The notes beneath the pieces were generated by a model. It had not been told where the DNA came from and made no database searches. It saw nothing but the letters and a program-made list of their open reading frames with translations. A DNA stretch of 64,000 bases from the human T2T-CHM13v2.0 reference genome, Homo sapiens, in assembly GCF_009914755.1 (NCBI RefSeq), contig NC_060925.1, one strand, 5' to 3'. Below are positions 22,549 through 64,000 of the stretch, in pieces; within the stretch, counting starts at the first letter, position 1, and each line of letters starts with the position of its first letter. The translations under genes and the position numbers were made by a program.

Positions 22549-23933
22549 GAGAGCCAGACTCCACAGAGAGGCCAAAGGCTCTGAACACACGAGTCAATGT
22601 TCATGGAGGTATAGACAAAGGATTCTACCTCACAGAGTTTGAAGACAACCTGCCCTTTCACCCACAACTACTGCTTTCTATGTCAACCCTATAAAGATCA
22701 GGTCTGCGCCCTGCCCACGAGCCTACTTCTGAAGCCATCTGGAAAAATGAAAGCACTTGGATAAATGGAAAAGTATGCCTGAATTTTAAATCTGCTCAAT
22801 TACAGGTTATCTGTAGCAGTTAAGAATCAACATCTATGGCATTCTTTAAAACACTCCTAATTTACATGTGACTTAGTCAACTTCCCTTGGTGTCACTGTC
22901 ATGAGAGATATTACACCAGGTGGAACAGTGACGTTAAGCCAACAGGATTTTTTGCCCTTATTCTTGCTAAGTCATGATTATCTGAGCAGAGATGATTTTA
23001 TACCCTCTAGGATTTGTCCCGTTGGCTAGGGTGTACGCCCAGCATTGGCGGGGAAAATATTCCTAGGAATGCTTTAAGAGAAGAGGCAGCTGGAAGCTTG
23101 GCAATATTCCAAGGCATGCCCGTGCTCCCTGGGAAGTGGTCTGTGTCATCCTGCCGGGTGAAACCTCTGCTATTGCTTGAGCAGCTCCCTTAACCCAGTC
23201 TGGCTGGTTCTAGACTTCCCAGCTGCCGGAGAAAGTGATACACTTCCAGGGAAGCAGCTTTCCTTGCCTTGCCCGCCCTGCAGCTGGCTAAAGTGCAGGA
23301 TGGGAGGATGGCTGAGCATTATCTGCAGGCTCCAATCACACTTCCGTGGCACTGGGAACTGCAGTTTTCAACTCCTACCCTTACAAATGTTTCACCAAAT
23401 CCTTTATGTTCACCTCTTTGCCCTCTGAGGGGGAAAAGGAGACATTCAGATCACAAGGAAAGAATCTCAGAAGGGAAAGAGGGGAAGTAGAGGGGTCTGC
23501 GTAATCCACAAATGAAATTATCAGTCCCTGACATGATCCAGAGTTGACTGAAACCTAATCAAGACCGCAAGAGGTCAGTGTAGCAAACACAAAGGGAAAG
23601 GAAATGGAAACAAATCAAAACAAAACTTTTAAGAGGAAATGGACCGCAGGTGCTCAGTGACTATGTATGCTTTGGGTAGAAAGAAAAGATAACTTCTTAG
23701 GTTTCTGCCTCTTCACTTGGGGGAAAAAAGGGGGGCCTGGCCAGACCTTGCCTAGCAATCCCAAAGAAAGCAGGATAAATGGGAACCCAAAGTTTTCAGT
23801 ATCACCAATTATGGCTTAAAAAGAAAAAAAAAGGAGAAAAAAAAATCCCCTGACCATGTGATGAGGAATGCTACGACCTACCTCTCTCACACCCTAGTAT
23901 GACACACCCTAATCCATCTGTCACTGGAGCATA

Positions 23934-47144
<23,211 letters not shown>

Positions 47145-47330
47145 TGCGCCCGCGAGGCATTGCCCGGCCCGACCCGCCGGCGGCACGACCCTGGCCCGAC
47201 CGCTGGGCCGCGCCAGCCCCTCGAGGCCCCCACGCCTCCGCTACTCCGCACTGGAAGTGGCCCCGGGGCGTCGGCACGGGAAACTCCGCGGGTCTGCGCG
47301 CCGGGCCCAAGATGGCTCCGGTTCAATTTC

Positions 47331-47342
47331 GCTTTCGTTTCC
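47331..47342 (-). promoter_or_regulatory. ISRE of the interferon-inducible ADAR p150 (exon 1A) promoter
   Basis: GGAAACGAAAGC, extended by a third GAAA unit (GGAAACGAAAGCGAAATTG), about 190 nt upstream of the p150 ATG. Confidence 0.92.
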
Positions 47343-47357
47343 TCGGAAAGCCTTCCC
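47343..47357 (-). promoter_or_regulatory. KCS-like element adjacent to the ISRE
   Basis: GGGAAGGCTTTCCGA shares the GGGAAGGC core of the PKR KCS element and abuts the ISRE. Confidence 0.7.
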
Positions 47358-47451
47358 CTCCGGAAAGTTTGGCCAAGAGGAGGGGCTTGAGCAAATCTTG
47401 CGCCACGCTTGGTTTCAGGCCGGTTACAAGTCGAACCCCTCCGCTGCATGA

Positions 47452-47786
<335 letters not shown>

Positions 47787-49149
47787 GTACTGTTTAGGAA
47801 AACCGCCGTTTCAGTACTGAGCTCCTAATTCCCCGCACAGGCCGTAGGCAGGAATACACGAATAGAGCAAAAGGAAAACAAAGGCACACAAAACCTCACG
47901 CCAGAAACAGCATGACGCCCGGTCCTCCCTCTCTCCGCGCCAGCGCGGTGGTGGCCGCGTCTCCAATGTGGGGGGGGGGGGGGAGGGGATGGGCGGGAGC
48001 GCAGATCTCGTCAAACGACCAAGGTCCCCACCGTGGGACCTTGTTAATGCTCCTACTATGTTATAAACTTAAGCAAGCAGATGCCAGCCAGTAAAAAGTA
48101 CCAAGAGTAGCAACAGCAGCAGTGAACAATTTAGGATCTAGGTCATAAAAACTACCCCACCAGGCAAATGGTTAAGTACTTTACATGTATTATCTCCCTT
48201 AATCTTCACAACAGCCCTCCAAGGTAGGCATTATTCCCACTTTGCAGGTGTAGAAACCGAGGCTTGACTAAGGCCACGCTGCTGCCAAATCCAGGTCTGA
48301 AGGCTTTAGTAAAGCTCAGTCTTCAGCGCTTCTCTACACTCATTCAAATTACACCATTACTTTCAAAAAGATAACTTTTGTTATCTAGAGGGACAAAAGT
48401 CAAATTTGCTTCATGGTCAGGCTTCTCTAACTGCTCGATTTTTGTTCAAGGTATCTGGGAAACGATTATTCTAGGGTTCAACACCATCCTCACCTGTGAG
48501 AATGTTCTTTCCCTGTGTTTAATCTTAATTTTACCCCCATGCTTATGAAATTACAAGGCAGTCCCTTTATAGCAGTATCTCCAGCTGATGCCCTTTCATG
48601 GTGTTAGTCACTCCAAATTAACATTCCCTTGCAGGCTGGGCTCTGTCTTCCTTCTGGGCCTTTGCACATTCTATTCGTTGGCCTAGCATGCACCTCCTCC
48701 ACGGCTTCCCGTGAATCAACCTTTCAAATTTACAAGGGAGGCCTTCCCCACAGCAGGTAGGGGGAGAGGAGGGGGAGCAGGTGCTGTTTGTGGTTTCTTA
48801 CTCCATGCTTCTCGAGTTACTGGGCGCCTACCCCTAATAGGGCACTTGCACACTGCGCTAAAAACGCCCCATTCGATCATTTAACAAAACTTTACTAAGC
48901 ACCTAATTATGTGGCAGATACTGTGTTAAGCACCCAGGATATGACACAAATAAGAGCGCCATCCTTTAGCTAGTCTGCTAGGGAAGATGGATGCCTCAGT
49001 AATCACAATTATCATGTACTTCTTGTTCATATATCTGCCTCTAGAATTGTCAAGTCATCTCCTCGGGGGCAGGAAGCATGTTTTGTATCCTTATATTCGC
49101 CTTCAGAGGGCTGGTTAGTTGAAAGAATAACAGACCCCTCAGTAGGTAT

Positions 49150-49660
49150 AACAATGGGCAAAAACAATCGAAAGACAACTTCACAGGAGATAAAAAATAT
49201 CAAACATATGAAAAGGTTCTCAACCCCATCACATCAGAGAAATGCACAGTATAGCTACAGTGAGCTACTGTCCATTCACCAGACAGACAGCATTAGCCAT
49301 CTGATTAGACCAGGTGGCAGCAAGGATGCAGAGCAGCTCTTAGTCACTACAGGAAACCAGTTTACCATTATCTAGAAAGGTAATGGTAAACCCCAAGAAG
49401 TTCATGGTTGCATTATTTGTAATATCTCTAATAGCCCCCAAACTGGAAACAACCCAAATGTCCATCAAAAGTAAAATGGATAAATGGTGGCATATGCCCA
49501 TGATGGAATACAATACAGCAACAAAAATGAAAGATCTACGCATGCAACAAGGTAGCTAATTATCTAAATTTGATACTGAGTGGGAAAAGCCATATGTATA
49601 CTATATGATCCCACTTACAGAAAGTCCCAAGCCAGGCAAAACCGAACTATAGTATGCTCT
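49150..49660 (+). mobile_element. Old L1 3' remnant
   Basis: aactggaaacaacccaaatgtccatcaa...tggataaa...atggaatacaatacagcaa. Confidence 0.75.
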
Positions 49661-49678
49661 GCATAAAAGACAAAATGA

Positions 49679-49997
<319 letters not shown>

Positions 49998-51414
49998 TCA
50001 CTTCTAGGGAGAAAGGTGGGAGTTTTGACTGGGAAGAAATCTTTTGGGTACCGGTGATGTTCTAGCTCTTGACTTGGGTAGTGGCTACATATGTTTGCTT
50101 TCCAATAATTTCATTATACATTTACGTTTTATTCATGTTTCTGTATATATATGCTGTATTTCACAAATTTAAAAGGTAAAAACAAACAAGAACCACAACA
50201 AACTCTTGCTGTTGCAATTCCAGTCCACTTCCCCATGTTTTTTTTCCTCCGTTTAAGTAACAGGAGTTATATCTTACCTCTGCTTTCTTGTCTTCAGGCA
50301 AGACAATCTGAAAGCCTTTACCCTTCTTCAGAAATGATCCAGAAAAGCTTTAATCACAACTACTGTGCGAGGGAAGCTGCACCGCTGCTCCCCCCACCCC
50401 TTTTAATCTAACATAGGACACAGTAGCAAAGCAGTGAACTTTCCTCAACAGAAGGTCAGTTTATGCCTTGAAAGAACAACAACTCCTATTGTCATTTAAT
50501 CTTAGCAGCTCAAGTAACTGCAGACAGTCTTATTCATAAACGTTTCATCTCCTCCCCCTCAGTAATTGTTTTAACTCCCCCATGGTTGTGAGGTGATGAT
50601 GTCTTTTTTTTTTTAACTGTTCTATTGTAGGAACTTGACGAGTTGGATGAAAGTCTTTAAAAAAATTAACCAAAAATAATAGGTTTATTTCAGAAAATAC
50701 AGACAAGCAAACACAATAAAAATCACCCATTGTTAATTCATCATTCATCCGTGCCTACCCTTCGAGCATTTTCCCTGTGCGTAACTTCCCCGTGCGTAAC
50801 GGCACTGCCAACACATGGGTGGTCAGTCCTCTCAAGGGAGGAGCTCTTCCTATAAAGAATGGCTCACCTCCCCAGGGGCCTGTGAAATGACCCCAGATGT
50901 ATCTATACCACCTAGGTCTACTTATTAAAAACCACCTAAATGATTAAGAGTTACTGTCTAAAAATGAAGTACTCAGAAACTCAGTATTCTCAGAAGTCTG
51001 GCTTCCACATAGCAGTGCCAAGCTCTAGCTCTATAGGTGCATTCAGGGGGTGAGACTTCCCCACCTATAGGAAAGGACATGCTATTATCAGGGCTCCTGA
51101 GTTGGTTTTGTTTTCCAATCCCTGCTATTCTTGCTTTTTAACTATAAGTAACTGTTAGTCTGACTTAGTAATTGTTAATTTGGTTTGTTGTGGATCTTCT
51201 GTTTAACCTTACTGCGTGCAGGGATACATGTTTACAACAACAGTCTTTTTTAATCTGTAATTTCCTATAACCAGACTTTACTACACACATGGGCTATATC
51301 CAATTGGAACATCTATCTCCTGTCTACTGTAAAGCAGATGTCTGCAAACTCCTTCAGTATTTGCTCATACAGTGATACTGGGACAGAAATGTACTGCCTG
51401 TGAATGTATTCTAA

Positions 51415-51765
<351 letters not shown>

Positions 51766-51945
51766 CTGCTCAGTTATTTTTAAGTACCAGGGCATCATTT
51801 TAGAATAACTCTTAGGAAATGTATAGTAAGCAATTCAGAGTTGCTAGGCACAAATTTATTGCCCTCCTTTTTTGTTATCGTTGTTTCTCCTCAATTCTTT
51901 ATCACTGAGTTTTTATTCCACTACAACAGTTCCTAACAACATTAA

Positions 51946-52250
<305 letters not shown>

Positions 52251-52357
52251 CTCAACATTAATTTCCAAAATTCACAGTAGCCTCCCACAGTAAACCCACT
52301 TGCTTTGATAACCTGTAAAGCTTTTGGTAGAGAAGAGTGAGTTGCCCAACTGGCTGA

Positions 52358-53076
<719 letters not shown>

Positions 53077-54096
53077 TCAGGTACCCCCAGAAGAAAAAGA
53101 GGTCTCCAAAAGCTATTAAGTGCATTTATCCACTCCAGTAAGTTATCTAGTAACAAAGAAAAAAAGTGGTATTTATCAACTAGCTATATGTGCCAGGCTT
53201 AAGTATTATATAATAAAGATATAACATTTGCAATAATATTACATATGTAAAATAATACTAATAATAATGACTAACAGGCCTGTGTGCAATCTTTTGCAAG
53301 TATGTATAACTAATAAATGTACATTCAGTCGGATAACTACCCCACGGGGTGACCCTATACAACTTGTGGTTTTATACATTATATTCTGACACCCTTAAGC
53401 CGCTTCTCCGATGCTAGATTGTTCTTGGATGCAGCACCTGACTGACTTCTGGCCTGACTCTGGCTAGCACAGAGGTTCCGCTACTGGCCTACATTTGGGT
53501 TCTATTGAGTCAGGACCCAAAGGGGGAGATCTCCCATCTTCTTCTTCCCTAGGATCCAGATCCAGCCTGTAGGGGGCTGCTCTCAGCCCCAGCCTCATGC
53601 AAGAGCAATGCCCCTATCTCCGTGGCTTGTAGAAAGCAGGAGGGGACAGTCACAGTCCTGTCCTGGGCAGGCTCAAGGCAGCCACTGCCCTGCCTTCTGC
53701 AGTGTTTCTCAGGGAAATAGGCTGATTTCACCAACAGCCAATTTGCCGAAAGTCAGTTTGCCAAATGGTCAATTCCTTGGATAACCAATTTACGAAACAA
53801 CCAATATGTTGCATTTACTTTTTTCTTAAATCTCCCTAGTCTTAATTGACCAGTTTTTATTCTGTCTTCTTAATAGAATTTAGAGGAAATATGCTCTGCT
53901 GTCTCCCTGCTGCTGTAGAGCAGAAGATTGAGGAGGAAACTGAGGAGGCAAAGGGGTAGGATGGAGGGGCTTTTGTAGAACTGACTTTCAGTGAACTGGT
54001 TTTCTTGGAATTTGACAGAGAGCCATTTTCAAGTGAACACTGGTCTTTAAAAGTGTTTCTTTTAGTGTTGGCAAGTTCAAAAAAATTTCCACCTAC

Positions 54097-54397
54097 ACAC
54101 ACAGAGGAAAAGGCCATGTGAAGACAGAGTAGAGAATGATTCGAAGATGCTAGCCTTGAAGACTAGAGCGACGCAGCCGCAAGACAAGCGATGCCAGCAC
54201 CCACCAGAGGTTGGGAGAGGCAAGGAATGGATTCTCCCCTACAGCCTCTGGAGGGAGCACAGCCCTGCCAACATGGCCCAGTGATACTGATTTCAGATTT
54301 CTGGCCTCCAGCACTGTCAGATAATAAATTTCCGTTGTTTTAAGCCACCTAGTTTGTGGTTATTTTTTTACAGCAGACAGCCACGGGAAACTACTAC
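54097..54397 (+). mobile_element. MLT1-type MaLR LTR fragment
   Basis: gccatgtgaagacagag...gaggcaaggaatggattctcc...aataaatttccgttgttttaagccacctagtttgtgg...aaactactaca. Confidence 0.85.
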
Positions 54398-54529
54398 AGC
54401 ATCTTTGCTGGACAATACAAACCAGGGAGCTCCAAGTCCAGGGCTGCCAGAGGCTTTGCTAGGCGAGATAGGAGTTTCTGCATTTGGGTACATCAAAGGG
54501 AAAAGGCCAAAACAGACTAGCTGTCATAG

Positions 54530-54927
<398 letters not shown>

Positions 54928-56689
54928 TGATTTTATTTTTTTCTAGGAAGATACCATTAATTTATATTTTTAAAATGATGAAAATAAATCATCTGTGAAA
55001 GAAATAAATTTCCAAGGCAATAAAATAAAATGCAGACAAACTTTTAGTAAGATTGTGTTTTGTGATTACAACCTCCAAACTGGTTTCCCCGCATGTACTT
55101 TGGCCTCTTTTCTATCCAGTCTTCTCGACACAGCTTGTGTGATCTCTGAAAACCAAAATCTGATCATGTCATGCATGGAATTCAAGAAAATTCTAACCTA
55201 GCAATTAAGGGGGGAGGGGGAACACAGGCAGATGGGATCCAAGAGGCGACAAGGGAGGCTTCAGCAATACAGATAAGGTTCTCATTCAGGGGAAGGTGTT
55301 AGGTTCACGTGCATTCGTTTCATTGTTGTATTTCAGTGATACATATATGCTGCAGGAATCTTTTATGCATATCAAATATTTACATTATTAACAAAAAATA
55401 CTTTGATGGCTTCCTAATGCTCTTAAGATAAAGGCAAACATCTTTACACGATGGCTCCAAAGCCTTACGTGGCCTAGCCCTGCCATCCTTCTCCCTTCTG
55501 TTGGACCATGCCCCATCTCTCTGTCCCCCAGCCTCCCTGAGCCTTCTTTTCCTCCCTCTAGATTGCCATGCTCCCTCCTGCCACATACTTGCCCCTCTCT
55601 CTGGATTATTTCTCCTCCTTTCCACTATCCTATGATTTGCCCTTCAGATCTCAGGGTAGTCAACACTTCTGGAGGAAGAGCTTGAGCTCTAACCCCTACC
55701 CCCTCCCATCGCATGATTTCAAGACCCCCTCCTCTCTTTTGGAGCATATTTACACTTGTAATTTTACATTTCTTCATGTGGTTTTTTGGTAAATATCTGT
55801 CTCTCTTACTACAAGTTCCAAGAAGCTAGGGCTATACAAGTGTTTTGCTTTCAGCGTGCTCAAAAATATTTACTGAAAAACGCAACATGCGCATTTTCCT
55901 CAAGAGACAGCCCATAGCTTTCAGACTCCCAGATAGATCTGTGTACCCAGAACGAAGGTTAAGAGGCACTGCTCCAAAGACTTTGTTCTTTCCACTGTTG
56001 TACTTCAACTCTGGCTTATGTCTTCCTGACCTGGCCCACTGCCCTCTCCAGCACTTCTGTCTGGAGTTCTAGTGGACAATGGGTATCTCAGAGGAGGGCT
56101 GAACTTTCCAATATGGAATACAGTAAAAAGTTAAAAACTACAAAGTGATGAATCCCAACATGGCTGCCTAGCCAGTGGACTGGACTTCTACCAAAACAAT
56201 GACTGGGGCACTATTATCCTGACTCATAGACATAGTGAGAGATAACTTATCAAAAACCCCTGCAAGCGTCCTGTCCTGCTTGTTGCTTAGACAATGCCTA
56301 GTCCAGATAACACTGGCCAATAAGTAGCATTTGGAGACTTTGATTTCCTAATATGGGATGGAGACCATGAGTTTTAAAAACCTACCTCATCCCTCATTGC
56401 CACCCTCAAGGCTTAGATCTCAGAGCCTAACTTTTGCACTCAACTGGTTCTCTGCTGGGCAGTAAACTTCTGCTTAGCATATCAATCTTTGATGCCAGAG
56501 TCTAGATTCTTACTTTAACAAAGAAAGTTCAAAGAAGGCAGGAATTGTGGGCAGAGGTGGGATTCTGCACGAAAGTGACCCTGATGATCACCTTTCCCTC
56601 CTAAGCTGATTAAACCAACACAAAACCTCCTCCAAACAGGAAGATGTGTGAGGACCCCTTAATAATAAAGACTGTCTATCATAAATCAA

Positions 56690-58286
<1,597 letters not shown>

Positions 58287-59268
58287 CTAGAACTATGCCT
58301 CCCTTTCTGAGAGTGCCCTGATTCTGTCCACTTTCCTAAGAAGGCCAGGTTCCCTCCCCAGCCCCAGAGGAAGGATGTTAATTAATCTAATTTAATCCAG
58401 TATTGAGGATTCTACTTCTTTTGTCAGTGATACATGTGATACATTTGTGGCCAGCAAACCACAAAAACAATCTGTCTGGGGCTGTCTGAGAAAAGGGCTC
58501 CTCGCTGGGAATAAGTGATGTCCAGAGGATAGCAAGGCAGTGGGCTGGAACAATGCTGGGTTGCTGAATCAACCATCATGGGAACTGTTCTGTCTGTACG
58601 AACCAACACAGCACTGCCTGAAAGACCAAAATACTCCTGATGATGTCTGAGAGGTGGGCTAACCTGTGATTTTATTGGCTTTTTAATAGCTTTCTATAAT
58701 TTTTAAGTTCTTTTTAATAATAAAGCATGTATCACCCTCAAAATAAGAAGAGGAAGGTTAATAAGAACAACAACAAAAAAAACAAAACTACTTACTGCAT
58801 GAACCTTCCCTTATGAAGTTCACAGTCTAGTAATGGGAACAGACATGTAAATAACTGACTAGAACACGTGATAAAACCACAATGGGATGCCGCTTCACAG
58901 CTACAGAATGGCTAAAATAAAAAAAGACTCACAATACCTAATGTTGGTGAGGATATGAAGCAAACTAGCATTTTTGTATACTGTGGGAACATAAAATGGT
59001 ACGACTAACTATTCGAGAAAACTGTAAGGCAGTTTCTTCTAAGGCTAGACCCAGCATTTATACTCCTGGGTACTTACCCAAGAAAAATGGCCACAAAAAG
59101 ACTTGTACAAGAATGTCCATAGAACCAGGGGCTGGAGGATGGGGGAAAAGAGGAGTTGTTAATGAATATAGTTTTAGATCTGCAAGATGAAAAAGTTCTG
59201 GAGATTTGTTGCACAACAATGTGACTATACCTAACACTACTGAACTATACACTTAAAAATGGTTTACG

Positions 59269-59563
59269 GGCCAGGCGCGGTGGCTCATGCCTGTAATCCC
59301 AGCACTTTGGGAGGCCAAGGCGGGTGGACCACAAGGTCAGGAGTTCAAGACCAGCCTGGCCAAGGTGATGAAACTCCGTCTCTATTAAAAATACAAACAT
59401 TAGCTGGGCATGGTGGTGGGTGCCTGTAATCCCAGCTACTTGGGAGGCTAAGGCAGAGAATTGCTTGAACCTGGGAGGTGGAGGTTGCAGGGAGCCAAGA
59501 TCGTGCCACTGCACTCCAGCCTGGGTAACAGAGCAAGGCTCCGTCTCAAAAAAAAAAACAAAC
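59269..59563 (+). mobile_element. Alu SINE inserted in an L1 3' end
   Basis: Forward Alu; TSD aatggttta; flanked by L1 3' sequence (actgaactatacacttaaaaatgg / gatggtaaattttatgttg). Confidence 0.95.
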
Positions 59564-62500
59564 AATGGTTTAAGATGGTAAATTTTATGTTGTGTATTTT
59601 ACTACAATAAAAAACAGGAAAAAAAACTGTTCATAGAGCTTTATTCTTCTTAATAGCCCCAAACTGGAATAACCCAAATGTCAATCAACTAATGAATAAA
59701 TAACTTGATGCATATTCACACAATGGATACTGACACATGCAACATGGTTGATCCTCACTGAAAGAAGCCACAAACAAAAGCACATACTGACATGAAATTT
59801 TAGAACAGGCAAAACTAATCTAATCTATAGTGATAGATATCAGACATCAATAGTGTTGGCCTTTGGGGGTAGTGGTGACTACCACAGGGGAGCTTTCTGA
59901 GGTAATGAAAATGTTTTATTTCTTGATTTGGATAGTTAAATGGATATATTTTTGTTAAAATACATTGAAAGGTACACATAAAATCTGTGCACAGAGATAC
60001 ACATAGTTATGCTCCCATGAAAAAAATCTTAGGGAAATAGTGAGGAAGAGGAACTGGAAGAGGCTGAATTTGTCATCTTGGCTACATGCTGAAAAGCTGT
60101 TGCCAAGCACGAGTGCCTCTTTAAACCAGACAGCCACACATAAATATCTTTTCATGCAGCAATTTATGGAAACGCTAAGAACACTAAAATTATGATTATC
60201 TATATATGTGAATCTTAGTTTTGTCAAGCAAGCTGTTCGCTATTCTGATAAATTATTTAAAAAGAAAAAATATAAGTACAGTAATATAAACATCCTTAAA
60301 ACAAAACATAGACCTTTAATTAAAACTGATTTTATTTAAAATATTACACTATTTTCATCAAATATCTTATTAAAATCTGAAATAAAACTGAATGCTAGCT
60401 TTTTAAAAGTCATATGTAAAAATGCAAACCATAAAAAAAACTAGAATATAGAATAAGGAAAAAAACCTTTTTATGCTCACAAGCAAAAGAAATCAAAAAG
60501 AATAAAATTTGTCTAAAAAAGAATGAAAAATAGATTTGTATTTTTAATGATAAAGCCAAAATTAGATGGCAAACAATAAACTAAAAAGAATTAACTGCAA
60601 ATAAAATTGTTTGCTTTTTACCATGAGGATAAACTCATGTTTTTCAGAATATTTGTATATTTTAAAAATCACTTAAACACAATAAGTGAATAGACAAAAC
60701 ATTAACCAAAAATTTAAAAAGTAGAAATAAAAATGGCTCAGTATGGGTAAAAAGGGCTCAAACAATTATAATAAAAAATGCAAATTAAAATGAGATGCTA
60801 TTTCAAATTTAGCTAAGATTTTCCTTTTTTAGTAAAATACTCAGTTCTGGAGAGGAGGGTAGGGTGAGGGAGAGGCACAGTAAGTACTCAGGCATTGCTG
60901 ATGGCAGTGGAAACTGGTATTCACTTCTTAGGAAGCAAATCAGGACTAAGCACTACAACAGAGTACTGCAGCTAGGCTGAAACTGCCGCTTGGATGTTTG
61001 GAGTAAGAGCGGGGTTAAATAATAACCCTGTCATTTCAAGTCTCTATTTGTAGGAGAAGTACTTTTTTGTTGTTGTCAAAAGAAAGAAAGGGGTATTTTT
61101 TCCCTTTCTTCATGTGTTGAGGTGTGGGTGTGGCGTGGCTAGGGTTCCCACAGATAAGGCATAACATGTAACCAGGAAGATGGATGTGCTCTGCAGGGGC
61201 CTGAGGATGTGGGTTTAGGCCCTCCCTGGGAGAGGGCTGAAGACAGATGCTTGAGCAGCCTATGTCCTGAAAAGCAGAGTGGGCTCTGAGCCACTGATTC
61301 CCCACCTGGCTCTGCCACATATCCTGCGGCAGAGCGTGGCTGCGTTTGGGTGAAGGCCAAACAAAGGCGATGAGATGCAGTATGTTATATTTACTAGCTA
61401 TGGCTGTAAAAACCTGAGGAAAGGGCAGGGACAAGACCTGTATCAGGCTGTTAGATAGCTCTACTTCTGGAGGGCAAGATGGACTAGATGCAGAGTAGTC
61501 TTATTTCTGTTCTTGAGTGTTTTGGTACTTAAAAAGAAAAAAGTTTTAAAGTTGACAACCCTTGGTCCCCAAACTCCAGTCCAAGAGTGAGTTGCTATTT
61601 ATAAAGGACTAAGAACAGTGCCTGTCACCTTGTAAGTGCTTAAATAAATGTTTTAAAAATAAATACTCCAAGGAAAGGGCCCCAAAATATGGAGAAGGCC
61701 TTAATATACAACCTATCAAAGTTCAGAAAAGTTTGAGAGGAGTGAAACATCACACAGGGTAGAATTTCCAGCTGGAGGCTCCTTGGGCCTGACCTCTGCA
61801 GGTTCAAACACATATGGGAAGAGGTGTGCTACCTTCCTGGGATGCCATGGTACTCAAGTTTCAGATCTTTACAGTGAGAAGTGTATCTATCATGCAGACT
61901 GGAATGTTCATCAACATAATGCCAGTGTTTTCTTCCTGTGGGAAGATTTCCATTCATTCATTTAATAAACATTTACTGAACATATACTATATGCCAGTAT
62001 GAGGCACTGTCCTAGGCCTCAAGGTAGTTTTGTTTTGCTTTGATCACAAAGAAAATTCCTTTCCACATTGTTCTCATGAAGCTAATGAAAGACAGTCAAT
62101 GAGGAGAGACAGGCAATAAATAAACAAATAAATATACAATGTCAGTTATGAGTGCTATGAAGACAAATAATACTAGCTAAGGGTAGGAGATAAGGAATAC
62201 AAAGCAAAGGACACTCTGTCCTCAAGGGGCTCTCCGTCTAGTGGAGACATGACCAATAAACAGATAATTATCAAACAGAAATAACATCTACAAGGGGGTT
62301 GTGCTCAGGTGTTTATGGGAGCAGAGAGAAGGGATGCCTAGCTCATTAAGGAAGGTGTCAAGGAAGGCTTCTGGGAGAAGCATGACCTGAATCTAGAAGG
62401 ATCAGCCAGATGAAGCAATGGGGAAGGGCAACCCAAACAGCAGATGCAAAGGTACAGAAAGGACGGAGAGCACATAATGGATGCCACAGTGGGAGTCAAA

Positions 62501-62839
62501 GTTTGATGGACAAACACAACCCACTGGATTCATTCCAGTTGGAAGGCTCTAGAAGGACCCCAAAGAAGTGAGATAAGAGCACACATGTAAGCACACATGT
62601 GTGCATACACACACCCCTGCAGTAGTCATGTGCTGTTTCTGCCTGCCTAGGACCTCTGAACTTCCCCATCCCATAAGGTTATGGACGGGCAGTTTACTTC
62701 CTCATCCCAAGAGTGAGCCTATGATGTAGACCTCTCCAATTGTGGTCTCCCTATTTCCTTGTCAGCAATGGTTAATTTACAACGCTAAATGACAGCCATC
62801 AGGTCATAGGCTTGGGGTTGCTGACAGGGAGCTTTTTCA

Positions 62840-63199
<360 letters not shown>

Positions 63200-64000
63200 T
63201 CAATAAAGAAAACGGAGCCGAAAAAGGAAGGGCCAAGAAAGCCCTCATGACATCATTTTAGCCCCAGGATCCAGCCATGCCTGAAGCTTGCCTTTGGACT
63301 TTCTAGTTAAATAATCAAAGGGAGGAAAAAACCTTTTTTTGCTTAAGTTAATTTACACTGGGTTTGTGCCACTTGCAAGTAGATTAATATACAGTCCTTT
63401 TGGAGAAGAGCTTCATTCTGTGTGCATGTGGCAAGGGGTGGTACAGAAGGAAAGGGAGGCTGATGTCAGAGGGTCTCACCTATTAAGTCTGATAAAGTCT
63501 GATAAAGATGGTGAAATAGGTAGCTTCAAGGTAACCAGAGGGTATAGAAGCAGCAACTAGACCTCCTTGGGTGGAGGAACTGAGGGGGGTGTAAGTCACA
63601 GTCTATATGGATGGGTTATATAAATTTTGTATGTTCCTAATAGTTCACTATACAACTACAAGTCATCTTTAAACATCTTTAAGACACAGAATAGCTCATC
63701 AAAAATACCAGGAATATCATCTGTTTAAAACTAGTGTACTATTCCTACAATGAATGCACATCAATCACAGGTCTTTCCCAAATATTTAATTTTGAGACAA
63801 ACTTAATATTTTGAACTCTTTATCCCTGATGTCAAACAATCATCCAGTGTTCTCCAGAAAACTCAAGCAGTTGTACCCATTAAGGTCCAAGTCTAACAGA
63901 TGTTATAGCAAAACAAATTGCTCTATCTCAAGAGATTACTACAGAAGCCCAAAAGCTCAGATTCTGTTGTTCACATATTTGAGAACTCTAATCAGTTGGT

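Larger units (their letters stand above)
21180..23933 (-). other. ADAR: ADAR 3' UTR (~2.75 kb)
   Basis: Lies between the stop codon and the minus-strand AATAAA at 21206-21211; the cleavage site is approximate. Confidence 0.8.

Noticed and set aside
49307-49322. CTCF-like motif agaccaggtggcagca (also gacaggtggcgtt near 18115)
   Set aside because: Partial matches only, one inside an L1 remnant; cannot be supported without ChIP data.
50760-50800. Small tandem duplications and palindromes (ttccc(t/c)gtgcgtaac x2; also near 32653, 62591-62604 and 63484)
   Set aside because: Short slippage-type events expected at background frequency.

Overview
Human genomic DNA, recognisable from the encoded proteins as the CHRNB2-ADAR locus (1q21.3). 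The + strand carries the complete six-exon CHRNB2 gene (neuronal nicotinic acetylcholine receptor beta-2; CDS 7165..15052, 502 aa) with a perfect RE1/NRSE in its 5' UTR. The - strand carries the convergent ADAR (ADAR1) gene, from the interferon-inducible exon 1A (ATG 47144, ISRE 47331-47342) through exon 15 (stop 23934), 1226 aa; the p110 start M296 is at 40892 and the poly(A) signal at 21206-21211. I checked all exon boundaries by hand (GT-AG, frame-consistent; 1509 and 3681 coding nt). I did not identify the constitutive ADAR first exon(s); they probably lie beyond the right edge. The rest is about 27 Alus plus L1/L2/MIR remnants, Tigger3/MER1/MER58 DNA transposons and LTRs; repeat families and boundaries are by eye. 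Best second-look items: (1) a CHRNB2 terminal exon whose first bases rebuild the exon-5 donor (re-splicing trap, with a strong acceptor downstream); (2) a (CA)n-spaced three-unit repeat just inside ADAR p150 intron 1; (3) a candidate cryptic ADAR exon supplying an in-frame strong-Kozak AUG ahead of Zalpha; (4) overlapping uORFs at both genes' start codons; (5) a ~217-bp duplication in the ADAR 3' UTR; (6) several perfect hairpins and inverted Alus in the ADAR pre-mRNA that could make ADAR1 its own substrate. Functional readings of these are hypotheses.
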